Positions 39,419 to 50,007 of a stretch of DNA of 64,000 nucleotides are shown here, piece by piece. The stretch comes from Candidatus Hydrogenedentota bacterium (GTDB lineage: Bacteria; Hydrogenedentota; Hydrogenedentia; Hydrogenedentales; SLHB01). The stretch's first letter is position 1; every line of letters begins with the position of its first letter. Location of the stretch: contig CAXXTH010000010.1 in NCBI GenBank assembly GCA_963668025.2, positions 704,001-768,000 of the forward strand, given 5' to 3'. Made by a program: the position numbers and the translations under genes. The notes beneath the pieces are model-generated. The model made no database searches. It was not told the origin of the DNA and saw only the letters and a list, made by a program, of their open reading frames with translations.

Positions 39419-41035
39419 TCATGCCAGTTCCCCGCGCAAGGCCTTCGCACGAAACGCCTGCCGCCATGCTTCTGTCTTTGGAAAATCCTGGAAATTCTCG
39501 ATGGGCGCAAGGGCCGCATGGCCTCGGTTCACGCCAAGGGTTTGCAGGAGTGCATAGTCCTGCATGCTTTCCGCGAAAACCTCCCACCGAATGGAGTCGA
39601 TAGGCCCCGTGGAGCCCGGATAGACCAGGAACGTGTCGCCATACATCCAGCCTTTTTCCCAGAATCCGGCGTCGGACACCGTGAAGGGATCGATGAGCGT
39701 GCGGGTCTGCGACTGATACCAGTAATTATACCCCCATTGCAGAAATCCGTGGAAAGGCCAGCGGTAAAATACGAGGCCATGCATGCCGATCTTCGCCAAG
39801 GGCGTATCGAGGAAACGGTTCAAGTATCGCCCGCTTGGGCAGCAGCAATAATAACACCAGGAAGGAATGCCCTCCTTCAGAAAATCCAACGCGGTCGTCA
39901 AGCTCGGTATGGGCATGTCCGTGCCGCAATCGCGGGCGAGCTCGATCTTGGTCAAGGCATCCATGACCTGCATCCAGGGGGCCAATTCACGCAGCATGCC
40001 CCGCGCCTTGCGGTAATTGACAAAATCCTCCTCCTGATGCGGTTCGTCCGATACGTGGAAGAAGGAATGCTTCAGCAGTTTTTCCTCCGAAAGAAAGCGG
40101 TGCAGCGCCGGAAGGTATTGAGACAAGAAGGTGCGGTATGTCTTCGACGTGGCCCCTGTTTCCGGCTTCCAAAGGAGTTTTTCATCCGCTCCTTGCCCCT
40201 CGTAAATGCGAATGGCGTGCCGCGCGCCCCATTGGGTGAAGGGATGCGTCCACTCGAAATGGGTGAAACCCGCGCGCTTGGCGAGGTCGATGTACTGCCG
40301 CACATCCCGCCAGTCAAACCGGTATTCGCCAGGCGCGGTGCGCTTGACGCGCACGAGCTGGGTGGGGCGTTTCACGCCGTCGAGGGGCGGGGTGAATGCG
40401 GGCACATAAAGTGTATCCTGCCCATGGCTTGTCATGTTTTGCAGATAAGCAGGCAGAATATCCCAAAACGCCTTGCCGAACAGGCCTGTCCGGTACCAGT
40501 CCATCAGGGCGTCCGCATAAAACCAGTGCGTGATCTGGAATCCCCGGCGTTTCTTGAGTTTTACATCGAACAGCGCCACCCGCGCACGCAATACCGCCGT
40601 CTCGCCGTGCTCGGGATGAAGCGTAACCGTGATGGCATGTTCGCCCGGCTCAGCCCGGTTTCCTGGCTCGACCGATATCCAGAACGCATGCGTCTCGCCC
40701 GGCTGCAAGAGCAGGCTGTCCTCCTCGAAGAGCGGGTCCGGCACAAAGCCCGGCACATGGCCCAGGCCGTCCATGTCCAATGGCTCATCCAGCACCGGCC
40801 TATTGTGATGGGGCATCGGGACATAGCCCACGCGGCGCACCCGGATGCGCCATCCGGACGGTCCCGCCGCCTCGATATGAAGCCGCTGCCGCTCTTCCCC
40901 TTCCATCCGCACTACGGCCTGGAAACTGAAGCGTTCATTCAGCGCGGCCTCGATGTGAAGGCTCTGATTCGACTGAGACGGCGTATGCGGAAACTGGCGG
41001 TGATGCGAAGACACAAGCCATGTATGCAGCGGCAT
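39419..41035 (-). CDS. GH123/DUF4091-like glycoside hydrolase
   Basis: HVSDEP, WCYYCC, GFLQWGYNYW, GDTFLVYPG and SIRWE..QDY; GGAGG RBS. Confidence 0.75.
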   Translation of the reverse strand: MPLHTWLVSSHHRQFPHTPSQSNQSLHIEAALNERFSFQAVVRMEGEERQRLHIEAAGPSGWRIRVRRVGYVPMPHHNRPVLDEPLDMDGLGHVPGFVPDPLFEEDSLLLQPGETHAFWISVEPGNRAEPGEHAITVTLHPEHGETAVLRARVALFDVKLKKRRGFQITHWFYADALMDWYRTGLFGKAFWDILPAYLQNMTSHGQDTLYVPAFTPPLDGVKRPTQLVRVKRTAPGEYRFDWRDVRQYIDLAKRAGFTHFEWTHPFTQWGARHAIRIYEGQGADEKLLWKPETGATSKTYRTFLSQYLPALHRFLSEEKLLKHSFFHVSDEPHQEEDFVNYRKARGMLRELAPWMQVMDALTKIELARDCGTDMPIPSLTTALDFLKEGIPSWCYYCCCPSGRYLNRFLDTPLAKIGMHGLVFYRWPFHGFLQWGYNYWYQSQTRTLIDPFTVSDAGFWEKGWMYGDTFLVYPGSTGPIDSIRWEVFAESMQDYALLQTLGVNRGHAALAPIENFQDFPKTEAWRQAFRAKALRGELA

Positions 41036-41285
41036 AATAAAAATCCTCCCATGAAATAGGCAAGCCCCGATTATGCGCAAGCGTCGTTTGGGAACGCAAA
41101 TAGCCGAATGTAATGACAGCGGTGAAGAATAGCGGCGCCCCAGGGTCAGGCGTTGAGGTGATGCGGGTTAGACGGGGGGTGGCGAGGCCGACAGGCGACA
41201 GGAGGGGCAGCGGCTGTGCGTAAAGCCGGTGAATGGATGGGCGAGACGTGTAGGGCGGCGGCGCAACCGGGAACGCGCGGGCGCC

Positions 41286-42722
41286 CTATGCGGAACTGAA
41301 GCGGATCTGGATGGCCTCGGTGCAGAGGGCGTCATATTGTTCGCGGGACAGGGTGGCGTTGCGCAGGGCTTCGAGGAGGCGATGGGCAAGGTTTCTGGCG
41401 GAGCCAAAGCCTTTTGGAAAGTGGGCGGCCAGAAGGCTGCCATCCTCCAGGAGTTGCATGAGCAGATGGGCTATCTGCATCAAGAGGTAGTAGATCTTGC
41501 TGGCCTGTTCGTTTTGGGTATAGGCGTGTTCGAGGTTGTAGCCGCCGTTTTTCTGCACGTTGAATGCTTCATTTTCAATCTTCCAGCGTAAGCGTCCTCC
41601 TTCATTGGCCAAGGCGGCCGCATTGTGCGCGGATACGGGCACGTTGGTCACCCATTTGAACTTGGTTTTCTTCATCATGCCTTCTGCGTCCGGGCGGGTG
41701 TCCACGCATTCGAGCACGGACAGGATGTGTTCACGCCGCTCGGAATCGCGGTAGGGGATGTCGTTGACCCAGCGAAACTGCTGGTGGATTTCCTTCTTGT
41801 TGCCGCAACGCCACGTAAGCTGGTTTTCGGGCGTCGCGGCCGCGAGGCTCTCGAATTCTTCGTTCACGGTGGCCAATTGGCCGTCCGTGAGCGTAATCAT
41901 GAACTTCCAGCCATATTGCTGGCACAGCCGAAACACCGGTCCCGTGGCGTACAGGCCGTCCATCGCCAACAGCAGCGGCAAGCGGGGGAATCGGGCATGC
42001 AGGCGTGGGGCCAGCCGGTAGAAGGCTTTGGTCTCGCAATCCTGCTTGCGTTGTTGCTCGCTTTTCGCCAGGTCTTTCTCTGGATTCTCAATGAACTCCG
42101 TCATGAGCGAAAAGACCCACCCGTTTGGCGTGACGATCTTGGACTCCAGCACGGGATGGTAGTAGGTGATCTTGCCGCTCTTGTGCTTGCGCGTGAGGCA
42201 ATGGGCGCAGTGGCGATGATCATAACTGCGTGTCCCCGTGGCGTCGATGGCCGCCACGTAGTAGCGCCCGAACAGGCGGTGGGGGTACAACACCTTCTTG
42301 TCGATGAGCGTCTGCGTCATGCCGGAAACGAGTTCCTGGACCGCCTCGAACGGCAAACCGCGAAATACCCCGTTCATCGTATCGCCATGCGGCACGCTGT
42401 CCACGTCAAACAAGACCTTGTACAGATGGACCATGAACGTCGTGTACAACTGCAGGCGGACTTGCCGGCGCGCCCCGAGCCGGCATGCGAACATCAGCAC
42501 TCCCAAGAACACCAGCGACGCGACACTGTAGTCCACGTCGCCGGCTTGCTCGGGTTTGCGGGGATCGGGCAAGCCCGCAAAGCGCTTGCGCACCGGGCCA
42601 AAGAAGTGGGTGAACGTCCTCAAGAAGGCCCGGATGATTTCCGGATGCTCTTCTTGCGGGTTTGCAGGAACTGCCGTTGGGCCGCGCCCATGGCCTCGAC
42701 GAGCTTCTTGAGCTTTTTCCAT
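41286..42722 (-). CDS. DDE transposase
   Basis: AIDATG, KQDCE, MDGLY and RWKIENEAFN motifs. Confidence 0.88.
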   Translation of the reverse strand: MEKAQEARRGHGRGPTAVPANPQEEHPEIIRAFLRTFTHFFGPVRKRFAGLPDPRKPEQAGDVDYSVASLVFLGVLMFACRLGARRQVRLQLYTTFMVHLYKVLFDVDSVPHGDTMNGVFRGLPFEAVQELVSGMTQTLIDKKVLYPHRLFGRYYVAAIDATGTRSYDHRHCAHCLTRKHKSGKITYYHPVLESKIVTPNGWVFSLMTEFIENPEKDLAKSEQQRKQDCETKAFYRLAPRLHARFPRLPLLLAMDGLYATGPVFRLCQQYGWKFMITLTDGQLATVNEEFESLAAATPENQLTWRCGNKKEIHQQFRWVNDIPYRDSERREHILSVLECVDTRPDAEGMMKKTKFKWVTNVPVSAHNAAALANEGGRLRWKIENEAFNVQKNGGYNLEHAYTQNEQASKIYYLLMQIAHLLMQLLEDGSLLAAHFPKGFGSARNLAHRLLEALRNATLSREQYDALCTEAIQIRFSSA

Positions 42723-42967
42723 TCCTCAATCCATTGCGCCACTTCGCGGCGCAATTCACGGGGCACGTGGAGGGTGCGGGTCTTCCCGCCCTCCTTCCAC
42801 GTCAGCAGGGCCGTTTCATGGATCGGCCCTTCCTGGACGCACCGGCAGCGCGGGTTCCCGCAGCGGCTGCGGGTGATGGTGAGCGTGGCGGGAAGAAAGG
42901 GCCCCAGACGCGCCAGGCGCGCCTGGACCTTGCGTCCCGCCGAGTTCGTGACAGGTTTCCCTTCCAT
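42620..42967 (-). CDS. DUF6788-like IS accessory protein
   Basis: RCGNPRCRC...H...LTWKEGGKTRT motif; inside the IS ends. Confidence 0.75.
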   Translation of the reverse strand: MEGKPVTNSAGRKVQARLARLGPFLPATLTITRSRCGNPRCRCVQEGPIHETALLTWKEGGKTRTLHVPRELRREVAQWIEEWKKLKKLVEAMGAAQRQFLQTRKKSIRKSSGPS

Positions 42968-43274
42968 GTACGGAAGTATATATACTTCCGTACCAGAAGT
43001 CAACAAAAAAAAGCGCCGATGCGAAGAAAAAACTCCCCGCACCGGCGCATCCTCAACTCATTCAACTGCTTCTACGCGAAAAAAAAGCGGTTCTTCACCG
43101 CTGATGTAATGACGTGTGCGCCACCAAAAGAGTATTGATGCGTTTTGCGGGAAAACCGCCTCTTTTTGTATATGAACATATACACCGAGCGCCTTGCCCG
43201 ATAAAAAGGCTTGTATCGCCTGTTGAGTGATTCAAAATTGCCTGCTGTTTCTTTCACTATCCGCACGTCTCCTT

Positions 43275-43502
43275 AGCCCGCTTGAGCGGGCTCTCCTTAG
43301 CACCTGGCTTCAGCCAGGGTGGATCGTCGTGAAGCGCTCTGAAGAAGCACGCTTTAGCGTGGCTTCTCGACCCGCTTCAGCAGACCTCTTTTCGCTAAAG
43401 CTCAGCAAGAAGCCGCGCTAAAGCGCGCTCTTGATTGGTTGGTCCGAACTCTCCACCCTGGCTGAAGCCAGGTGCTAAGGGGGAGCCTGCTCAAAGCAGG
43501 CT
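43275..43502. repeat. Nested long palindrome (REPIN/MITE-like)
   Basis: Outer arms of about 50 bp (43275-43323 / 43452-43502) and inner arms (43347-43367 / 43408-43428). Confidence 0.8.
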
Positions 43503-43815
43503 GATCGGAAAGCGCAAGACATTCCAAGCACACCGAAACCGGGATGGCTCACGTTTGGACTGGAGCCGCTCACAACGAAAACCTCACCCTGTTTCAAAGC
43601 GCTCCTACTTTCATGGCGCACACCCAATGTACTGACATTGAGAGCATCAAAAAAGCGGACTGCTTGCCCGAATATCTAACGCGGCGCTCACATATTCATC
43701 ACATCCTTCTTACTAATCTCTAATGAGCCATGCCTATGCTTTTCCCGTATATGGATTCCCCCAATCGCCCTGGTGGTGCGCCAGCGCGATACCTTCACAA
43801 GGAGATGAGTTGCAC

Positions 43816-44964
43816 ATGCATAAGCAAAAGACCGGATTCACCCTGATCGAATTGCTGGTGGTCATCGCGATCATCGCCATATTAGCAGCCATATTATTGC
43901 CTGCGCTCGCCCGGGCGCGCGAGGCGGCCCGGCGGGCTTCTTGCCAGTCCAACCTCAAGCAGTGGGGCATTGTGTTCAAAATGTATGCGGGCGAGAACCG
44001 CGATTTTTACCCGGACATGCAGACCATGCTGCCGGGATTCAGCGATGAATTGCTGGGCGTCGATATGAAGCAGCTTTATCCGGATTATTTGAATGATCCG
44101 ATGCTCACCAAATGCCCTTCCGATTCCGATGTGGACCCAAGCGATTGGGGCCAATCGGTGCTCGATTTGGAAGATGGCGTTGCGGCCATCCGCACGCTCA
44201 TCGCGTCGGGCCAAGCGAATGGGGACTGCATGCTGGCCCACCTCAGCTTTCCCCGCTCATACGCGTACATGGGCTGGGCGGTCACGCATGGGTCATCCGC
44301 GCGCATCGCCTGGAAATGTTATGAATACGCCAATGAAGGCGTGCGGCAGAACACGGCCATCCAATCCCAATTGAAAATGGATTTGGGAACCGCTTGCCCG
44401 TATGACACGGGAGATACCCAAGGCGCTTGGTACAACGATGATTCTAAGGTGTGGTACGGCTTCTACTATGTCCCCACTTCTCTGCGCAATCAATATGGCG
44501 CGGCGGGCGCATACGAGAAGAAGGTATGTCTGTCGAAAAATGGAGATGCCGTAGCCACATGGGCAGGCAAAGGCGACCGCATGGTGGCTCCTTATCCTCC
44601 GCTTTCCATCGGCCCGGATACCTTTCCTAAGCTGCGCGAGGGCGTCGAACGCTTCTTCATCACTGATATTAATAATCCGGCTTCGGGCGCATCCACCCAA
44701 AGCGCATTGCCCGTCATGCTCGATTTCTGGGGCCCCAACAAAAAAGTCAGCGATAACGGCGGCAACCAGGATTCCGGGGCGGCGGGAGCGATGGTCTTCA
44801 ATCATGTGCCCGGCGGCGCGAATGTCCTCTACATGGACGGGCATGTCGAATTTGTGCGGTATGGCAGCAAGTTCCCGGTGATGAGCTACGACGCCTCCGA
44901 TTACATGAACAACGACAATATCGTGAATTGGGCGGACAACCTGGCGGACGGGAGCCGGGGATAA
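43816..44964 (+). CDS. DUF1559 prepilin-type N-methylation protein with H-X9-DG motif
   Basis: [14 protein letters not shown]...[16 protein letters not shown]; [16 protein letters not shown]. Confidence 0.92.
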   Translation: MHKQKTGFTLIELLVVIAIIAILAAILLPALARAREAARRASCQSNLKQWGIVFKMYAGENRDFYPDMQTMLPGFSDELLGVDMKQLYPDYLNDPMLTKCPSDSDVDPSDWGQSVLDLEDGVAAIRTLIASGQANGDCMLAHLSFPRSYAYMGWAVTHGSSARIAWKCYEYANEGVRQNTAIQSQLKMDLGTACPYDTGDTQGAWYNDDSKVWYGFYYVPTSLRNQYGAAGAYEKKVCLSKNGDAVATWAGKGDRMVAPYPPLSIGPDTFPKLREGVERFFITDINNPASGASTQSALPVMLDFWGPNKKVSDNGGNQDSGAAGAMVFNHVPGGANVLYMDGHVEFVRYGSKFPVMSYDASDYMNNDNIVNWADNLADGSRG

Positions 44965-45040
44965 CACGCGCAATATGCGGCGGGGAGCCCTGTTCATCAA
45001 TGGGGCTCATTGAATCACACAAACAAAGGAGAACGAAAGC

Positions 45041-46246
45041 ATGCGTTTGTTGAGCACAAACATGAAAGCCTTTTTGGGCATGGCGGCCATCGCGGGAGCA
45101 ATTACAGCGGGAGCAATTACGATTGCGCCATGGGCCTCCGCATCCACCATGTATGTGAGCGAGAGCTTCGATAGTGCCGCCACCGGCGAGTTGGTCGGCT
45201 CGGGGATCCTCACGCAGAATTTCACGCCTTTCCAATTCGTGGCCGACGCCACATGGGATGTGAAGGCCGCTTGGGACAATGCGCCGGAAGACAGCCTGCC
45301 CGCGGTTACGGTCCAGGATCTTGGACAGGGTAACAAGCGCATATTACATACCGGTGAAGGCGATGGCGAACTCGATTTCGTCCAGACCGGCCTTCCCAGT
45401 TTTGACGCCTCGAACGTGCCCGTCACTATACAATTTGATGTGGAAGTGACGGTGTTCGATAGCGAAAAACGGGCCTGGTACGTATATGTCGGCAAGGAAA
45501 CCAACAATATGTATTCTTATCGCATGCGCTTCCAGGCGCGCGAGGGCAAAACATCCTTCCAGCTCAACTACTTCTCCGAGCCGGATGAAGGGGGCGAGAC
45601 CGTGATCGATGCGGGCGATGCGCCTCCCGTGGGCACATACCGCGTCCTCGTCACCTTCACGCCGAATGGCGGCTTCACGGATGTCACTTACCAGTTGATC
45701 AACCTCGACACCTTGGCCGATTTCATCGCCCCGGCTACCGTGACGCTCGTGGACGGCCTAGCCAGCGGCGCTACGTTTGATTCCGTCAAGTTCCGCTGCC
45801 ACACTAATCCGTTGTTTGGCTTTGATAATCTCTATGTATGGTACGGCGATGCCGACACCACCCCGCCAACGGTCGCGTCGGTCGAAGTCACGGGCGCGCG
45901 CACCATCGAAGTCACCTTCGATGAAGCCCTGCTGAACGGCGTCTATGACCCTGCCAATTTCGTCCTCTCGGGGAGCGGCCAAGGCTCATTGAACGCGAAC
46001 CCGGACAGCATCACACACCTCAGCGGCAACACCTACCAGCTCACGTGGGATGGCGGCGAAATGGGCAGCGGCGATGTCACGGTCACGGTAAGCGGCGTCA
46101 GTGATGTCATCGGCAATGCGATTCAAGGCGGCAACAGCGGCACGGACGCAGTCGAGGCCACCGAATTGCCACTTTCCGCCAGCGTGATGGGCGTCTTTCT
46201 TGCGCTCACAGGCCTGGCCATGATGGCCCGTTCACGCAAAGCATAA
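45041..46246 (+). CDS. Secreted beta-rich surface protein with Ig-like domain and C-terminal sorting-like tail
   Basis: Signal peptide; DTTPPTV...VTFDE...SDVIGN Ig-like domain; LP + hydrophobic helix + RSRK tail. Confidence 0.7.
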   Translation: MRLLSTNMKAFLGMAAIAGAITAGAITIAPWASASTMYVSESFDSAATGELVGSGILTQNFTPFQFVADATWDVKAAWDNAPEDSLPAVTVQDLGQGNKRILHTGEGDGELDFVQTGLPSFDASNVPVTIQFDVEVTVFDSEKRAWYVYVGKETNNMYSYRMRFQAREGKTSFQLNYFSEPDEGGETVIDAGDAPPVGTYRVLVTFTPNGGFTDVTYQLINLDTLADFIAPATVTLVDGLASGATFDSVKFRCHTNPLFGFDNLYVWYGDADTTPPTVASVEVTGARTIEVTFDEALLNGVYDPANFVLSGSGQGSLNANPDSITHLSGNTYQLTWDGGEMGSGDVTVTVSGVSDVIGNAIQGGNSGTDAVEATELPLSASVMGVFLALTGLAMMARSRKA

Positions 46247-46266
46247 AAGCACACATAACGCTTCTT

Positions 46267-46303
46267 AGCGGGATTCCATCTTGCCGGTGGAATCCCGCTT
46301 TTC
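46267..46303 (+). terminator. Rho-independent terminator
   Basis: AGCGGGATTCCA...TGGAATCCCGCT followed by TTT. Confidence 0.75.
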
Positions 46304-46538
46304 ACATGGGCGCAGTTCTGTCATTGCTACTCCATTCGCTTTAGCGAGGCATTACTGCAATCTTGTTGAAGCCGTTCTTGGGCGCGTGAATGAACGCAAC
46401 ATGCATGGCGGGCTTGTCCCGCCATGCAATAACATCTGTTGTATAAAACCCTATAATCTACCCCGTTGCCATTCCAGAGAAAGCGGCCTTTCTGATAGTA
46501 TGGCCATTCCTGTAACGCAAGAAAAAGGAGGGTTTTCG

Positions 46539-47006
46539 ATGCGGTGCATAATTACAATGTTCATGACGGCTGTGGTTATGGTTGCCTCGGGCGCTTTCGC
46601 GGGCGAGGGCGATGCCGTTCTGGGAAAATGGCTGACGGCGGAGGGGCGCAGCCAAGTCGAGATCACGCTGGTGGATGGGAAATACTGCGGAACAATTAGC
46701 TGGCTCAAGGAGCCGGTTTATCCGGAAGGCGACGACGAAGCAGGCAAAACCAAGCATGACCGTAAAAATCCGGATCCCGCGAAACAAGCCTTGCCCCTCA
46801 TCGGGTTGAATCTCATTGAAGGTTTCACTTTCGCGGGTGATAACACGTGGACTGGCGGCACGATTTATGATCCCGAGAACGGCAAAACGTATCAATGCAA
46901 AATGACGCTCGATGGGGATACCTTGAATGTACGGGGCTTCATCGGTATCTCCCTCATTGGCCGCACGACAGCTTGGACGCGGCTGAAAACGGAAACGGCG
47001 GCGTAA
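46539..47006 (+). CDS. DUF2147 domain protein
   Basis: GKWLT, D.KNPDP, GTIYDPENGKTY, VRGFIG..GRT..W; AGGAGG RBS. Confidence 0.88.
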   Translation: MRCIITMFMTAVVMVASGAFAGEGDAVLGKWLTAEGRSQVEITLVDGKYCGTISWLKEPVYPEGDDEAGKTKHDRKNPDPAKQALPLIGLNLIEGFTFAGDNTWTGGTIYDPENGKTYQCKMTLDGDTLNVRGFIGISLIGRTTAWTRLKTETAA

Positions 47007-47027
47007 GCACGCAAGCCCGTTATAGGC

Positions 47028-48077
47028 TTATGTCGCGCAATACTCCCGTGCGGCATCCAGCAAGGCGTGCAGCGACGCCGCCAGGTGTTCCGCGGGAACG
47101 TCTTCCGTGATCCCGATGAGGAATCCTTCGCGGCTGGCTGCTTCCTTGAGGATGTGCAGCGTGGCGGCCCGCACGGCGGCGGGTGGCGCCACCATGACGC
47201 TCGATGGAAAATTCAACCATAACCGCTTGCCTGGCCACGCGGTTTGGGCTTCCGCCACGGATACGCTGCAATCGGGCGGGGGCGTAAAGGCCTCGATATA
47301 GTCCAGCGGGCTTTCCGCAATGATATCCATGATCAGGCGGTTGTCCGCGTCGAGATGGACGCCAAGGGATTTACCCGCCTCGTGTAATTCGTCGGCGAAA
47401 GCTTGCCAGCACGGCAGGACATACTCACGGATGCGTTCGGGGCCTATCATCTCGGGCACGATATTGCCGCCATACAGGACATGCTGGGCCGGGCTGGCGG
47501 CTGCAATGCGGTACATCTCGAGGTCTTTACGGACGATGTGTTCGTAGAGTTCCATGATAGCGTCTTCATCTTCGAAAAGGCCAAAGCAGAACGCCTCTTG
47601 TCCGAGCCAGCGCAATTGGATCTCGATGAGCGGGCTGTATTTGGTGTGGCCATATACATAGGCCGATTCGCCCAGCCGGTGTTGCTCCGCTAGAAAGCCG
47701 TTGTATGCCGGTTCATAGCGCGTGTCGTCCACCATGAATGCCGCGATGCGGTAATCGTCCCGTTGTTTGATCAAGTGTTCGATGGGCGCACGTGCTCCGT
47801 ATGCGCCGAATTCATGCACCTCGCTCAGTGTTCCCATCGGCGTTTCGTAGATGGTGCGTTCCCGGTGATGCCCTTCCGCGACGCTATGCACATGCACATT
47901 GGGCATATACGCCCGGAAAATATCCCGCCGTGCGGCGATGCCCAGGCCTTTTTCTTGAAAAGGAGCGGGATCAAAATCTTGCGGAAATAGGGTGTCATAC
48001 ATCGTTACAGGAACCAATGCGGGCGCGCCGCCTGCAAGAGCCGCCATGATACGTGAGCGGGGAGATTCGTATGCCAT
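47028..48077 (-). CDS. Uroporphyrinogen decarboxylase / MtaA-like family protein
   Basis: YETPMGTL, EHLIK..DDY, GVHLD, IEAFTPPP and LWLNFP. Confidence 0.7.
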   Translation of the reverse strand: MAYESPRSRIMAALAGGAPALVPVTMYDTLFPQDFDPAPFQEKGLGIAARRDIFRAYMPNVHVHSVAEGHHRERTIYETPMGTLSEVHEFGAYGARAPIEHLIKQRDDYRIAAFMVDDTRYEPAYNGFLAEQHRLGESAYVYGHTKYSPLIEIQLRWLGQEAFCFGLFEDEDAIMELYEHIVRKDLEMYRIAAASPAQHVLYGGNIVPEMIGPERIREYVLPCWQAFADELHEAGKSLGVHLDADNRLIMDIIAESPLDYIEAFTPPPDCSVSVAEAQTAWPGKRLWLNFPSSVMVAPPAAVRAATLHILKEAASREGFLIGITEDVPAEHLAASLHALLDAAREYCAT

Positions 48078-48170
48078 CCTGCGCCTCCTATGCTTTCCAT
48101 TACGTATGCCGCACCGAGCATACCGAACCTTCCATGCGGCTGCAACCTGGATGCTTGAAATTGCATGCTT

Positions 48171-49992
48171 GAGGCATTTGCGAAATAAAGAAAATCCGTA
48201 TTGACAAGGGTTTACAAAGCGGCGGAATTGGCGCCTACCCCGGAGAATGCGGGGAAAGGGGCTTGGCGGGGGCATGAATAAGGATTTTTTGTGAAAAATC
48301 ACCCCAAATGCCCTCGGCGAGCGGGAAAAGGCGTAACGTCTCCCGTGTGTGATTGTAGTATAGTTGACCACATAACCACGCACACACCAAGGAGACGTTT
48401 GCGATGGCCATTATACACCAAATGGGGTTGTTCTCGTGGAACCAGGTCGACGCGGCGTCGGATCTGGATCGGCTGAACCTGTTGCTGGCGGCGCTGCCGG
48501 ATGAAGATTTGATGCGGGCGATGGAAGCCGAACGCAAGGGGCGGCGCGACGATTATCCTATCCGCGCGATGTGGAACAGCATACTGGCGGGGATCGTCTT
48601 CCAGCACGACGGCGTCGAAAGCCTGCGCCGCGAACTAGCCCGAAACGGGCAATTGCGCCAGTTGTGCGGATTCGACGTGTTGCGGGGCGCCAAGGCGGTC
48701 CCGCCCGAATGGGTGTACACGCGGTTCTTCGCCAGATTACTGCGCCACTGGAAAGAAGTGGACCGGATGTTCGACGCGCTCATCGTCCGGCTGATGGAAC
48801 GCTTGCCGGATCTCGGGGTGCGTCTGGCCGTAGACTCGAAAGCCATCCAAACCCACGCCAAGCCTCCGCGCAAAGACGCGGTCCTGGAAAACGAAGAGCC
48901 GGACGGGCGGCGCGACCGCGACGCAGACTGGGGCACGAAAACCTACAAGGGCGTTCACAAGGACGGCACGCCCTGGGAGAAGGTCAAACGGTGGTTCGGC
49001 TACAAGCTGCACCTCATCGTGGACACGAAATATGAATTGCCGCTGGGCTACGCGGTCACGAAAGCCAGCGCCAACGACTCGCCCTTTCTGCTGCCCCTCG
49101 TGGCGGCTCTCGACGCGCGCCACCCCGAACTCGTCCAACGCGCCGAGTACCTCAGCGCCGACAAGGGCTATGATTCCGAAGCCAACAACAAGGGCCTCTT
49201 CGAGGAACATGAAATCCGGCCCATCGTGGACATCCGGGCGACCTGGAAAGAAGAACCGGAACGGCCCCGCCCTTTATATCCCGAACGGGTAGACACGATC
49301 TTCCATACCGAACGAGGTGAAGTCCTCTGCCGGTGTCGTAACGGCGCCCCAAACGAACGCGACAACTATGATTCCATGGCCTACCAAGGATTCGAGCAAG
49401 ATCGGGGAACCTTGAAATACCGTTGCCCAGCCAAGGCACGCGGGAGCGCCTGTACCCAGCAAGACCTCTGCAACCAAGGATGCCAGCCCGAACACGGACG
49501 GATTGTCCGCGTGCCCATCGCTATCGACCGGCGCATCTTTACCCCCCTGCCCCGCAGCGCCAAATCCTGGCGCCGCGAATACAAACACCGCACCGCCATC
49601 GAGCGAGTCAACAGCCGACTCGACGGCGCATACGGATTCGAGCGCCACTACATCCGCGGTATGAAAAAGATGCGCGCCCGCACCGGATTAGCCCTCCTCG
49701 TCATGCTCGGCATGGCCCTGGGATGGCTCGAAGCCGGCCAGGCAGAACGCATGCGCTCGCTCCTCGGACAGCCCCGCGCCGCATAGATCACATCGAATCC
49801 GCACAAGCAATGATGGCCCGAATCAAGGGCAAACCATGCCCATTCGGGCCGCAAGGGTCCTACACGCGAACCTCCTGCATGATTTATTGCACCCGTAGCG
49901 GAGGCGTAATCCCATTGCCACAGGCGAAAACCGCTCCGCGTGTGCCCGCACCGTCCGCGCGTTCGCAAACCACGCTATTTCGCAAATGCCTC
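48171..49992 (+). mobile_element. Complete insertion sequence (IS5/IS1182-like DDE), 1,822 bp
   Basis: 17-bp inverted repeats GAGGCATTTGCGAAATA/TATTTCGCAAATGCCTC; ATGCTT on both flanks. Confidence 0.88.
48404..49786 (+). CDS. DDE transposase (DUF772 + DDE_Tnp_1-like)
   Basis: AVDS, DADWG, FGYKLH, ADKGYD and YKHRTAIERVN. Confidence 0.9.
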   Translation: MAIIHQMGLFSWNQVDAASDLDRLNLLLAALPDEDLMRAMEAERKGRRDDYPIRAMWNSILAGIVFQHDGVESLRRELARNGQLRQLCGFDVLRGAKAVPPEWVYTRFFARLLRHWKEVDRMFDALIVRLMERLPDLGVRLAVDSKAIQTHAKPPRKDAVLENEEPDGRRDRDADWGTKTYKGVHKDGTPWEKVKRWFGYKLHLIVDTKYELPLGYAVTKASANDSPFLLPLVAALDARHPELVQRAEYLSADKGYDSEANNKGLFEEHEIRPIVDIRATWKEEPERPRPLYPERVDTIFHTERGEVLCRCRNGAPNERDNYDSMAYQGFEQDRGTLKYRCPAKARGSACTQQDLCNQGCQPEHGRIVRVPIAIDRRIFTPLPRSAKSWRREYKHRTAIERVNSRLDGAYGFERHYIRGMKKMRARTGLALLVMLGMALGWLEAGQAERMRSLLGQPRAA

Positions 49993-50007
49993 ATGCTTGA
50001 AATTGCA

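Larger units (their letters stand above)
41117..43103 (-). mobile_element. Complete two-ORF insertion sequence (ISAs1/ISNCY-like DDE), 1,987 bp
   Basis: 13-bp inverted repeats CAGCGGTGAAGAA/TTCTTCACCGCTG; 9-bp target duplication ATGTAATGA at 41108-41116 and 43104-43112. Confidence 0.9.

Noticed and set aside
39518-43109. Long plus-strand ORFs 39518-41059 and 41625-43109
   Set aside because: They are antisense shadows of well-supported genes, as expected in GC-rich DNA
48078-48383. N-terminal extension of the UroD-family ORF
   Set aside because: It crosses the IS left end; the start at 48077 has a GGAGG RBS
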